Of a stretch of 64,000 nt of DNA, positions 16,255 to 29,678 are shown piece after piece. The position numbers and the translations under genes are program-made. This DNA comes from the human T2T-CHM13v2.0 reference genome, Homo sapiens. The notes under the pieces were generated by a model. That model saw only the letters and a list, made by a program, of their open reading frames with translations. It was not told where the DNA came from and made no database searches. The stretch lies in the NCBI RefSeq assembly GCF_009914755.1, contig NC_060929.1, one strand, 5' to 3'. The first letter of the stretch is position 1. Every line of letters starts with the position of its first letter.

Positions 16255-18242
16255 TGTAGGGCATTTTTGCTGTTAAAGCAAAACCAATTTACAAACTGCT
16301 TTAGTAACTCCACAGTCTCATTGATTCAACATAATAAAGGTTTATTTCTCACTCACATCAGGGGCTAAGTGAAGTAGCATTTTGGGGAATAGTGGATTGA
16401 GGAGAGGGTGCTGCATGACATTCTGCTCCATGTAATCATTCAAAAACCCAGCCCTCCTCCCTCTATGTCTCATGATTCCACCCTCTTACAAGCTCCCAGA
16501 GTTCTCTTATTTCAGCCAGCATATAGAGAATAAAGAAAGGGGTCACATGGGGTGTTTCTGCTCTAGGACTAGAAGTGAACACATCACTCTCACTCATATT
16601 CTATTGGTTAGACCTCTGTTCATGGCCACAACTAACTACAACAGAGGCTGAAAATGTACTTTAATGTGTGCCTAAGAGGAAGAGGAGAACATGGATGTTT
16701 ATAAGCAATAGCAGTCTCTGCCACAGTTTGCTCCAAATACTGCTTGTCAGACAACTCAAGTCTCAAGCAGGCACTGAATTTGACTCAAAGTTCAGCCTCT
16801 CTGGGTGATGCACACTCTTTGTTTCAGGTACGATGTGATTCCTCACTGTCTGGTGACCTACCCACTGAAAAGACAAGTTGTCTGTCTCTTGCTACCTCCA
16901 ATATATTATGATGGACCTTGAAAGGGATAAGTACAGTAGAAACATCTGCTTAGAAAAAGGTAGAATGTGAAACTCATCAGTCACCCTCCATACTAATTCT
17001 AAAATCCCACTGGATGGGATTTACCCCAAGGATGGATAAGTTTCTTGATTGGATTCTAATTCCATTCTCCGGGAAGGACTTCTTTATATATTGCTTTATG
17101 TCACTTCTAACCCTGTCTTTTTTTTCCCACTGTCTGATAACATCTAAATTGGGCCTGACCAACACTGCCCTTCTTGAATCTTTAGAGATTTTTTGCCTTT
17201 CCCATAAACATAGGCCAGCACTTTCTGCTGGTGTAAATATCATGGCCAGAAGCTGCATGCAAAATTCTTCCCTAATAATCATTAATTTTTTTTTTTTGCT
17301 TCCTTCCCAATAGTCCTGTGCTCCCCCTAACTTAATGATGACTCCCTTGATGTCATCGTGTTCAGTCTGAGCATTGCTTCGTGGCTGAGTCTTAATGAGT
17401 TATTGTCTCCCAAAGACTTTTTAATCATATTTCCTATTGTTTGAGGTCTAGAACCAGTCATCTTTTCTAACCATTCAAAACTGCAAAGTTCTGGAGTCTT
17501 TCTATTTTCTTTCATTGCTTCTAGCAAACTAGGCAATTATTGTTTGAGCGTCCCTCTTATAACAACTTACCAAAAGGCAGCCAATAATGTTATATCCATA
17601 CTAACATTCTGAGAATTTCCAATCACTTCCTTTGAGTTATAGGCTTAGGGGTATGTGGTCAGCCTTCCAGGTGATCTCTGGTAGCAGTTTAACCAAATGT
17701 TTTACCACAACAGAAAGGACTCTCCTACCTCATAGCCTCTTGGTATGTTTTCTTACAGTTTGCCTACCTACTGTTAAGCCAGTCCCACAAAACTTAAAAA
17801 TTTGTGCTTATGGCAGCAATAATATTTGTTGCTGTGATAAACATATCTAGAAATCTCAGTGACTTAAGACAATATAAGCTTATTTTTCATCCATGTCACA
17901 GTCCAATATAGGGGGCAGTGAGAGAGGGAGATGGGTAATCCACAATCATTCTGAGACCTTTGCGCCTTACGTTTGTGGCTCTGTACTCTTCTAGCTTCCC
18001 AGAGTCTTTTTCAGTCAGTCAGTGAACATGGGAAGAGAGAGAGTGTGTGAAAGAGGGAGGACCTCACATGGCTTATGTCTGGGACCTGAAACTAAGGTGG
18101 AATGCTTGAATTTCACACACACTCTCTTGGCTGGAACACAGCCATACCTACCTTCACTGAGCATGGAAAATGGATTTGTGTGCCTTCTAGAAAGAAACAC
18201 GAATATAGGTCAGCACGGTGAGCACCAGCAGTCCCTGCCATA
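16255..18242 (-). mobile_element. Ancient MLT1 (J/K-like) MaLR element with two LTRs (about 16255-16725 and 17810-18242) and about 1.1 kb internal sequence
   Basis: Both copies end in the same terminus (gcagtctctgccaca / gcagtccctgccata) and share ordered motifs (ttattt..ca, aatcattc, cccagagt, tcacatgg). Confidence 0.65.
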
Positions 18243-18560
18243 GACATCTTTTTCCAAAGCACCCCTTTCTTGAGACTCTTTTCTTCTATTTAGCCAAAAA
18301 GTGTTTCAATAAATATACAAATATGAAAATCTAAAATGCTAACAAAATGCCCTTCATTTCTGCCAGCAATACTGTCACCTACAGTTATTCCCTGCATTAC
18401 GTTCACAGCTAAAAGCTGTGACCCTGGATGGGGGTGGGAGGGTGGTTGGGGAAGTGAGGGAAACTTTCTGAAAAACAACAAAATGATGAGCAGCATTGCA
18501 ACAATTTAAGAAAAAATACTGGAGGGTCACAATGTTTGTCTCTATGTTAGGTAGCTTAGT

Positions 18561-18756
18561 AGACTAACATAACAACAACATTTATGTACCTAAATGTTAG
18601 AAAACAAAACTTTTGCCCTGCGTGTGAAGAAAAATCTACATGACCTTCTGCTTTGGATCTATATTTGCCTATAAAACAATAAACATATTAGACCACTTTT
18701 ATTTGTGAAGACTAGTCTACTTTCATTTGTTAAAAATTGTCTTGGAAAAAAAATTC
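18561..18756 (+). repeat. About 196-bp dispersed direct repeat, copy 1
   Basis: Aligns end to end with 21246-21443 (e.g. ctgctttggatctatatttgc, ttagaccacttttatt, tagtctactttcatttg). Confidence 0.92.
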
Positions 18757-19232
18757 TTTCCCCAGAATTCTCACTTCTAGATTCATGCCCTGTATAACCC
18801 TTTTCACTTGACCTGTGAATATAATTGAATAGTTTCTTCCTTGGTGAGGTTGAGTTATAGAAGTATCACTTCTGTGAACTTTCACAGGTTATAGAAGATT
18901 CTATCTTAGCTGACTGAAGAGAGAAATTCTGCTGATGTTGATGAGGCAAACTGCAAAGCTGTGGAGAGGGCCACATGGCAGGGGATGGCTGGTGGCTTCT
19001 ATCCTCAGTTGGCAGCCAACAAGAAAGCAGTGACTTGAGTTCCACAGGTGCAGGGAACTAAATTTTGCCAACAACCAGTGATCTAGGATGTGGACTGTAA
19101 GTCTCAGAAACAATGGTAGCTCTCACCAATACCTTGATTTCTGACCTTCAGAACTGTGAGATAATACATTTGTGTTGTTTCAGCTGCTAAATTCATGGTA
19201 ATTTGTTTTGGCAACAATAGAAAACTAATATA
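18757..19232 (+). mobile_element. MLT1E/F-like MaLR LTR
   Basis: gagagggccacatggcaggg; gaactaaattttgccaacaacc; ends gcaacaatagaaaactaata. Confidence 0.75.
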
Positions 19233-19514
19233 GTAAGTAAGCCTATATCATATAGATACACAGTAGATAATATATTGGCTTTTATTATTAAATGATAAAT
19301 TGGGGAAATAATGTACAACCGTGAAATACAACCATGGACTAAGAAATACCTGTCTTTTATACAAGAAAACAATATAAGATTATTATTTCTTCTTTTTTGT
19401 CAGTGTTATAGCAAGGGCAACATAGCAAGGGCTGTGGTTAGTAGCCTACTAAGTGTAATTTCAAGGAAAAAATAATATTCCAAAGTCCTAAATTTCTTAG
19501 ATGTTCTCATTTGC

Positions 19515-19720
19515 AATCATTAGCAGTTACTGAGCACCTACAATGTACAATAATCTTAGGCTATTTTATTTAATCTTCTAAAATCTCTGCAACTTAGCTT
19601 TTTAAAATCCCATTTTGCAGATTAGAAAGCTGAGGCTTACAGGGTTTAGTAATTTGTTTGAAGATACACATGTTGATAAAAAATACTCAAGAATCAAATT
19701 CAATCTGTTACATTCCAAAT
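19515..19720 (-). mobile_element. MIR relic
   Basis: cccattttgcagattagaaagctgaggc core. Confidence 0.55.
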
Positions 19721-19784
19721 TATTGATCTTTCTGTTGCACTACTTTTTTGTTCACATTGTCAATAATAACACTATAAGAACTTT

Positions 19785-20763
<979 letters not shown>

Positions 20764-20959
20764 TTAAGTCTTCTATCAAAATTAAAACACAAATGGGAAA
20801 TGACTATAATTACTCGATGGGAAATGATTAATGGTAAATGACTAACAATATTGTTTATCTTAATGTGAATTAGAAACTGGTTTTGGAATCATCAACAAAT
20901 TATATACACATAGCATCTTCATGTAAAAATTTTTATTGTGTTTTCAGGAGAATTCCGTG

Positions 20960-21090
20960 AGGTAGGTTGAGTGGGTATTATTAGTTTACCTATTTTATAG
21001 ATAAGATAACTGAGGCTCAGAGTGTTTCCAGCTTGCCATTGGCCATGACACCGAGCGACAGTATTAGGTGTCAAGCTCATGTCTTCTCTT
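20960..21090 (-). mobile_element. MIR relic
   Basis: cctattttatagataagataactgaggctcagag. Confidence 0.6.
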
Positions 21091-21245
21091 GAAATACAGA
21101 GCTTGTTTGTCTGCAGTGGGACAGATATGTGAGGCTGGGTTGGCAGGGAAGAAGAGTACAGAAAAGGTGCTAATAAGGAACACAAAAATCAATCAACCTG
21201 CCTCTTAATTCTCCAAAGATCAGCTCCAGTGATGACTAGTCTACA

Positions 21246-21443
21246 AGACTAACACACCAACAACATTTGTGTACCTAAATATTAGAAAACACAAAACTTT
21301 TGCCCCGCTTGTGAAGAGAAAATCTACACGATCTGCTGCTTTGGATCTATATTTGCATATAAAAGAATAAGAACATTAGACCACTTTTATTCGTGACGAT
21401 TAGTCTACTTTCATTTGATAAAAATGTCTTGGAAAAAAAATTC
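21246..21443 (+). repeat. About 198-bp dispersed direct repeat, copy 2
   Basis: Aligns with 18561-18756. Confidence 0.92.
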
Positions 21444-21589
21444 ACAGAGCTATTCTAGAACTTAACCATTAATGTTCTTCTTTATGTGGACTCTATTTTT
21501 CCACATCTGTTCATCTAACACTGTTTATGGAAATATAAAATGATCACAACTAGAAACAACTTTCTCTATTGCAGTGATTAACACTCTCT

Positions 21590-22110
21590 AATGACACTGA
21601 TAAGAATAGTGTTCAATTATATTTGTATCTTGCTAGTAAGTTTTGGTTAATATCACAAGACCTGTGATAATATTATGGATGTAAATCCTATTTCTAACAA
21701 GTGTCAAGGCATAGCCCAATGCACCATCAATAATGCTGTCAATTAATTGTCAATTACTAGTGCCAAGGTAAAGCCGAGCTGTTTGTTTTCGGAGCAAACA
21801 GTTGAGAAGATTGTGTCAATTATAAATCTCTCACGTCCTTCCATATTAAGTGTCTTACTAGAGGTTGCACAGTCATTAATGTCTTACAAAGCAAAGCCTT
21901 TGCAGCGATTGTTTAACAGCTATTTTGCAATTATAAGGAGCTCAAACAAAATTAGAATCCACAATTATTTTTGTAATGAATTAGAAATATAAAAATACAT
22001 GTAACTCTCTGGATTTCAAAGCATGCTTAATTCCCCTTAGCTTCTCCTGGAGTGAAGGGTTAATTTATTAAGGAATGCAGTATGATTACTGTAATTATTG
22101 TATATTGGTT
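21590..22110. promoter_or_regulatory. Candidate developmental enhancer (TALE/homeodomain motif cluster)
   Basis: Three copies of TGTCAATTA (21737, 21748, 21814) and opposed forkhead-like sites at 21778-21802; no recognisable TE. Confidence 0.45.
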
Positions 22111-22639
22111 CTTGATAAGGGGGAATAACTTTCTTGAGTTTTAACTTCAGCAGGGGTATACCTCTTTGTAATTTTCTTAGGGGTTGAGAAGGTACATTTT
22201 TGTCTCATGCACTAAAATGCTGTGGATACACTTAACTTTAACTAATAGTCTTTTTAAATAATTAAATTAGGTAGTCTTAATTTATCACTAAGAAACAATA
22301 AATGTATTTTGGATTCAGAATATTAATCCTTAGGAGTGACTATTTTCCCCTCACTGTCATATAATTATTTTAGCCTTACTGTAATACATATAATAACAAA
22401 ATTCAATAAAAATTTAAATGCTATTATTACCTTGCTTATTTCAGTGCATGGAGTAATTAATCAGCTACAAGCTTGATAATACAGTAAGTGCTATCTTGAT
22501 AACACAACCTCCCCACCCCAAAAAATTTTTTAAAATCTTGGATCATGTATACTGATTAAAAAATGCTGCAGAACACACAAATCATAGACAACCTATGTCC
22601 CCAACAGAAATTACTATCAGTTTAATTTGAACTTTAATT

Positions 22640-22950
22640 TAGAAGCCTATGTACCCTTTCCTCAAATGCTCCTTTTTGGAGAAGCTGCCTTGGACTACCC
22701 TATTTCCATTATCCTTTCCAGTTATGCTTGGGCTCATCAACCCAGGCCATAGGCTTATGGCAGGATAAAATTTGCAATCATTACTTAAAAAAAAAGTATG
22801 CTCATGTTTATTATCTGATGCTCCCTCTAGAATATAAACACCAGAAATCTGTCATACCCACCTCTGTATTTCTAGTGTCGTATATAGGCATGCTGTATGG
22901 TACTTTTTAGTAAATACATGCTGAATGGATAAACTAACAAATTAATGAAT
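22640..22950 (+). mobile_element. L2 3' end relic
   Basis: tagaatataaacacc...tagtaaatacatgctgaatggataaa L2-type terminus. Confidence 0.55.
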
Positions 22951-24582
22951 AAAGGTTTGTGGGCCCAGCTTTTGCAATCAGCCATCGGTCTACAGAAGTA
23001 GCAACTGTGGAGCCTGTAATGAATATTCTGTAAAAATAAGAATCTGTCACTTCTGGAATTCTACTGATCAGCTTCTACCATAAGGCATGTCTGAGAGCAC
23101 CTGGGCAATAAGGGCAGAGGTACATCATTCATTAAACGCACATCAGAGACTGGCTGGAAAATAATGCACTATCATATCATGAAGCTTGTTACCAGTTGAA
23201 GCAGAAGCACAAGCCATCATAGGATCTAAAATGGCAGCCTGGGGTGCAATCCAAAGAATATCTTTACATGCTGAGAATATAAAAGAACTACTGATCATGA
23301 ATCTCTCTACTCAGTTCTGTCTTCACATAAAATGGAAAATACATAGGCTAACTTCAAGCCTGACTCATCTTTGAGGAAATTCTCAAGAAAGAGCCCAAGG
23401 AATAAATAAAAGTTGATTTAATGTAATTTTATTATCTTTCCATGTGAATCCATTTTCCTGGAATATTTCTAGTCTTTCTGATAGAGAATTTGCCATCAAA
23501 CAAGATTAAGGAACCAGGAAAGTTCAGATTACAGATTCATGGAGAGATCTATGAAAGATTTGCATAAAACCAATAGTGCCAAATGATAAGGAGACATTGA
23601 AGAGAGCCATTACCAAATATGATCTCTTCCTGCTTGGATCCTAAACAGCTCCCTCCTAATGGCCTTTAGTGTCTATTTCATATTAGAGACATGTGTTTGT
23701 CTTATTTCCCCATGATTCTGTTGTCCCCGAAGGTGGTTCTTGTACTTACCCCCAAATGTGTTATTGGACTATGTTGTCTTATGCTGGGTGCACACTAAGT
23801 AGTAGCTGAATTATGTTGCAATCTCCTTTACTGTTTGGTTTTCCAAATAAATATAGAAAGCCATGTACTATTTTAAAAATCATTGGTTATGAGAGTATAA
23901 TCAAAACTCATTCTTTTATTTTTATTTTTCCCTGCCCATTTCTGTATAGTAGCTAGGAAGTATACATGATTAGCACATTTCAGAACAAGGCCACTTAGAA
24001 TGAACGATTAGAAAAACAGAACAAAAACTAGCCCAAAATACTAATTATACACCTTATAGCACTTACAGGTTGTATAGCACTTTGTACTGTGTGACAAGCC
24101 ATATAGAATGTAGTAGCCATTTCACACATGGAACTATCCTCAAAACTATTATGTATATTTTATAAATTAAAACTATTGTCAAAATCATCATGTATATTGT
24201 ATGAATTTAATTTAAACAAATGAGCCTAATATGGGGCCACTGGAAATACATATGTATTCAATGAAAGACAAAAGTTTAAAACTCTATAATAGAAATTTAT
24301 TTGGAAAAGCAAAGACAGAATACAAAATTTTACAATTTACAATTACACACTATTTTTGTGGTACAGAAAAACCAGTTAACAACTTTCCACTGCCATTTGG
24401 ACACCAAAATGGACTGACCCAGGCAAGGAGAAAAGAGCTAGTTGAACATGTTATATGAAAGAATTAGAAAAGCTAGAATTTTAAAGTTTCCTTCAGCAAC
24501 TAGTCTACAGTAACTCACAGATTACTAAAAACTTATGCAAGTTTTATATGCCTATTCCATCTGCTCTTCATTAAAAAAAAGT

Positions 24583-24596
24583 GTTGCCATAGCAAC
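24583..24596. promoter_or_regulatory. RFX X-box motif
   Basis: GTTGCCATAGCAAC, a match to the palindromic X-box consensus. Confidence 0.55.
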
Positions 24597-25129
24597 TGCC
24601 ACATGCCATGGTATTTATGCTGCATCTGATGTACAAAGCATAGCGTGTGTAGGAAGGAGTGTGTGTATGTACATGATGTGGCAGCTGTCCTCTCTGCCAT
24701 TTTGTTGCTGCTCTAGAATTAAACAAGTAGTGGTTATGAATACTCATTTGAGTAGTGATACTAGTGTTCATTTAACTAAATCGTCACCAAAAAAAATCTT
24801 TATCTAATCATCACACTAGTCTGCTGACATGAGTTATTCAAAAGGGCTTGTATTAGACAGCTGTTTAAAAAGAAAATCTATTTTTTATCCCTTTTTTTAA
24901 GGTAGACACAATACAACTGATGTTCTTATTTCTAAAACAGCTAGTGACATTTTTTGTTTGAAATTATAATATACATCAGTCATACAAAATAATGGCATTT
25001 ATCCCTCAGTAAGATCCTCTGCAATAATCTTTCAAAAGATATTTTTGTTCCATTGTTTTCACATAATTTACTTCATATTCAAATTGCTAGAATTCTATTG
25101 GACATCAGATAGAGCTTGGAAATCATCGT

Positions 25130-25618
25130 AGACACTAGGGACATAATTCTCTACCCTCTACTCTTGCTAAATCCTACTATATAGGCTAGAATTGCTAAAT
25201 ACTTGCTTTACCATTATCTTGAAAAAGCTAAATGCTTAGAATTTGAGCTTCCCTTGCAGCTAGAGGTGGCCAGGTGATGCCGTTCTGGCCAATGAGATGT
25301 AATTAAAAGTCCCTTGGGATGGTGTATTTTAGAAAGCATTTCACTAATGAGAAAGAGTGACAGATCCTACCAGCACTACCTCTTCTCGTCACTACAATTG
25401 GAGTCTGAACTATCAATTTGCAATGGGGTGATGAGCCTAGTAGAGTGAAAAGACAGAAGCAGCAGAAGCTTATTTGGCAGAGTGGAAATGCAGCATGAGC
25501 TTTGTCCTCCTATTGCCATACTGCCTCTTGTTTACTATAATTAAATGCCATTATTGTTTAGGCCACTGTTAATAGGATTTTCTGTTTCTCGCAGGTGAAT
25601 ATATTCTTGTCTGACACA
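25130..25618 (+). mobile_element. LTR33/MLT1-like ERVL-class solo LTR
   Basis: cccttgcagctagaggtggccaggtgatgccgttctggccaatgagatgtaa; ends ...ctgacaca. Confidence 0.6.
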
Positions 25619-27309
25619 TAATGATTTATAATCTGCAAAGAATGTATGGTATTGTTATTTTATATTAATCAAATGAACTCTATTTCCTTTTGGAGATTAT
25701 TTTGTTTGCCAAAAACATTGTATGTGATAAAGACAATGTATGCCATATATTGCATTTCATGCCCTTAATTCTTTCTTTGACAAAAACCCTGTGTTTCAAT
25801 AAAATGGGTAAAATCCCAGGTTAAAAAACAAAAATAACTGAATATACCTAAAATTCCAGCCAAATTACAAATCAACATTTTTGAAGTTTTAAAAATTCAA
25901 TTGAGACAGATTTTTTTTCCCCTGAGGTATTATTTGGCATTTTAAAACTCAATTTTGTTGGGACATTTTAACATCTCAAGGTAGCTTTTGAGGTTTGCAG
26001 CCTCACTAGGATCATTTCCCTTGAGAAAAATATTGACAATATGTGCTTTTTGATGACTAGCTGAACTTGATTACAGTTTCACGCCCAATTTTCAAAATGT
26101 TACATATAAATTCTGAAGGAAGACTATAGAACAAACAAACATTCAGCAGTAGGACTTCAATGGCATAAAAATCATCTAAGTTGAAGGTAGACATTTTTCT
26201 CCTTTTTGCCTTTGATAAAGTTGATATGATGTATTAAGCAATATATTACAGTAGTAAGAGTTAAAACCGTTTTAACACGTATCCAATATGAAAGAAAATT
26301 AATTAACTAGCAGTAAGCTGAGAGCACCCAATACAGGAAACTGAACACAATCTAGAGAATTCTCTAGCACACACTCTTCTATTGGCAAGACTTAACCTCT
26401 GCTCCTTCCCACCCTTCTCCTGCACCAACACCGGAAATCCAATCAGCCATAATGAGATCTTGTTAACTCTATAAATACTTTCCAATGCTAGGAAAATCCG
26501 AGGTGTTCTTTATTGTGTATTTGGAGGCAGTGAAGAGCAACATGAACAGAGAACAGATAGAAAGCAGATGGTTCACAGCCATAGTATACACATTGTTCCT
26601 CTAACTCTCATGTGTCCAAATTTCAAACTATTTGATTAATGACACGTAAGATGTACAGCCATGTAGTGATGACCAAAAACCAATAACATGTATTTTTGGA
26701 AGATGCTTATTTTTCTGAAATATTGCCCCCTTAAAAATGTGTTTTCAGCACAGATTGAATTGAAAAAACATATAAATAAATATAAATTTTAGTCTTAGTG
26801 AAAATACACATTCATTTAATTCATTCATTTGTATACCCATATAATCATTCATTTATTAATTCAGCAGAGGAACTGATCTCTTCATGAAAAGTACTGTAGC
26901 CCTGTTTAAATTATTCCTCTCCCTAAAAAATGATTATTCATTTTTTAAGGTATATTAAATAAATAATTTTGAAAGCTTAGAAAATCTTTAAACTCTGCTG
27001 CACATTTTAGTAAAAGTAGCATTTTTTTTGCTTTTCTGAAACCACAGCTCCAACAAGACTAAGCTAGTGAAGTAGATTATTTTTCTCATTCTATATTTAT
27101 GTAATTTTATTCTAACCTAAATTTAAACGTTAAGAGAAAATTTCAGGGGGTGATATGAAACAGGTCATAATTTGTCAAAGCATCACCAACTTGTAATTCA
27201 GTATGGATTCACTGTTATAACTATTGCTGAAATTTTCTTTTGGATGTCCAAGCAAGAGCATGAAATATATATACATATATATATATGGAAATACATTAGC
27301 CAAGTTTAT

Positions 27310-27314
<5 letters not shown>

Positions 27315-27385
<71 letters not shown>
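27315..27385. repeat. Compound (TC)n(TA)n microsatellite
   Basis: About 15 TC followed by about 20 TA units, seen directly. Confidence 0.95.
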
Positions 27386-27388
<3 letters not shown>

Positions 27389-28269
27389 TCTGTGTGTGTA
27401 TATATATATCATACTACAGTATATATTGCCAGATGGAATTTCAGGTGCCTACATCATCACAGCTATTATTAAATTATCTTTTGTGATGATACCTCAGGTA
27501 GTCATGACTGTTATGCAACAGAGAGTTAGAGAAACATCTTCACTTTGTAAAGCTATTAAAATTTCTTGCAGGTGTGTTTGAGAGAAGCACAGCACAAATT
27601 CACTTGCACACTATGAGGATTAGAGACTTTGCAGCCCAACCACAAGGGGCAATTAACACAAACAGTGTGGCATAAGAAACAACTAGAGTTGCAAACTAAA
27701 CAGAACTTACATTGCACTTGTAGCCTCCAATTATATTGCAAAGCACAGATGTTTATTCTACAAAATAAATGATATTGGCAGTCTTGGGCTACGAGATAAT
27801 CCTATGGGGTCTGCCTTTCTAAATACCTACTTTCTATTGATCCTGCTTTTTCCCAAGTTTTCAAGATTGTTTTCTTTTTTCTCTCTGTGATGTGAGCTTA
27901 TTAAAAATACGAAGAGCTTTATTCATCTACTTACAACTAGCATAAGCCTCAATATGCTACATCTGGAATAGAATTTCTTCCTTCAGTCACTTCAGCGAAA
28001 GGCAGATGGGGCATATTGATAAAAAATGCTCCTGAGGTCCATTTTCTTCCCAAATCTGTTTTATTTATAATCTGCTAGCTGTTAATCTTGATACAAATTA
28101 AAGTTCATTTCGGTTAGCCCCAACACCAGTGATCCAAGGAAAATCTGAGTTTCCCCCCGTTAGTGGTGCTTAAGTCTACCTATTTTTATAAGAAAACTTG
28201 AAATTCCTATTTTTTCTCTAAATTTCAAATTATCTTGTGAGTCATTTCAGAAGTAAGAACACCAGAGAA

Positions 28270-28720
28270 AATAGTTATGGCTGCCATACAACCTGTCATT
28301 TAAGAAAGCTGCATTAATCAATAACACCTGAGTAGTTCAATTACTGAATAAGAAAGGCAAAGAAATGAAAAAAAAGATTAATAGATCTTCCCCAAAATTA
28401 GACCTCTGAAATCAAAAAGGACTTGCAACCTGTGATGATTTGAAAAGACGATTAATGTTTAAGTTAATATGTAATTAACAAACCCCTTTATTTATTTTTT
28501 CCACATACAGCAGCCAGTTTTACTGACAATTTTCCTGCTCAGAGAATTTTTCACCTTTGATTAATGATACTTAATAAAAATTCTAGCTAGTCACAATGAA
28601 AGGAAGAAGAGTCACTTGAACCAATGGTGAAGTGCCTTATAGAACTAGGCTACGAAAGGTTAATGGCATCATTACTCAGGTCTTTGGAGTACACATATCC
28701 CTCTTCAGAGTATATTAGGC
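28270..28720. promoter_or_regulatory. Candidate enhancer (PBX-HOX, TCF/LEF, SOX-like motifs)
   Basis: GATTAATG on either strand near 28312, 28450 and 28559; CCTTTGAT 28554-28561. Confidence 0.35.
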
Positions 28721-29204
28721 TTGTTGGATGGTGCATTAACTCCTTCCAAACTCTAGGTCCCTTGAGAACTGTTTATTTTTAAAAGATAATTAATTAATAC
28801 TTCTGTAATACAACCCATCTTTTCCCTTACATTATTTCTGGTTACTGTGATAACACATAATATAGAAGTAGAATGAATCATGTCCAAGAGGATGATAATA
28901 AAGAGGGAAAAAATTGCTTCGGAAAAAATTGCTTCAGAAAAACAAAACCCAAGTCCTAGGTCCACAAAACAAGTGTAAACAAATTGTAAAGGAAAAATGT
29001 TTTAACTATTTTGGACCCCCAGCCTTCCAAGAATGCTTCCTGAGAATATTCATAAAGGCTTCATACAAAGGAATGGACAATATCATGATAATGCCACAAA
29101 ATTCATTAAGTTTTTTTCTTAAAACATTGCTTGATACAAACCATTTATACTCCACCATGGTACTACTTAGAAAAAAAAAATCTGTTAACAGTGAGGGAGA
29201 CTAC

Positions 29205-29520
29205 TTTGTTCATTAACCAAAGTTCATTGAGCACCTACTATTTCCCAGTTACTATTCTAGGTGCTTGGAATATGTCAATACACAGAATAGACTCCCAGAA
29301 ATGCTCTTGGGAAATTTACATTCTTGGCAGGGGACTGGGGGGCAGTAGATAATAAAACAGAAGCATAAAAATGGGGAAAATTATAGTGTTAAAAAGTGAA
29401 AAACATAAAGAGACATCATTAGAATTGGTAAGAAGGAGAGTGGCAAGGTATGCTATTTCTGTAGGAAGAGTGGGTTTCTGTTTTAATAGGCTGATTAAGA
29501 AGGTTTCCATTGTGGAGGCT
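29205..29520 (-). mobile_element. L2 relic
   Basis: ttcattgagcacctacta...ctattctaggtgcttggaata. Confidence 0.55.
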
Positions 29521-29678
29521 AACATTAACCTTATGCTCATCTGCTGATGATCATTTTGATTAGTTGGGCAGTACCTTTGTTGGCTGCCCATCTCTCTAGC
29601 CTCTAGGAATTCCAGAATCTATTATCCATCGATCTCAGAGGATCAAAGTTATTCTAGCCTTATTGATCATTAGAGTAA

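Noticed and set aside
27172-27486. ORFs with SLSL/YIYI runs
   Set aside because: Translation of the (TC)n(TA)n microsatellite
28906-28935. 15-bp tandem duplication ggaaaaaattgcttc x2
   Set aside because: Ordinary slippage duplication with no further signal
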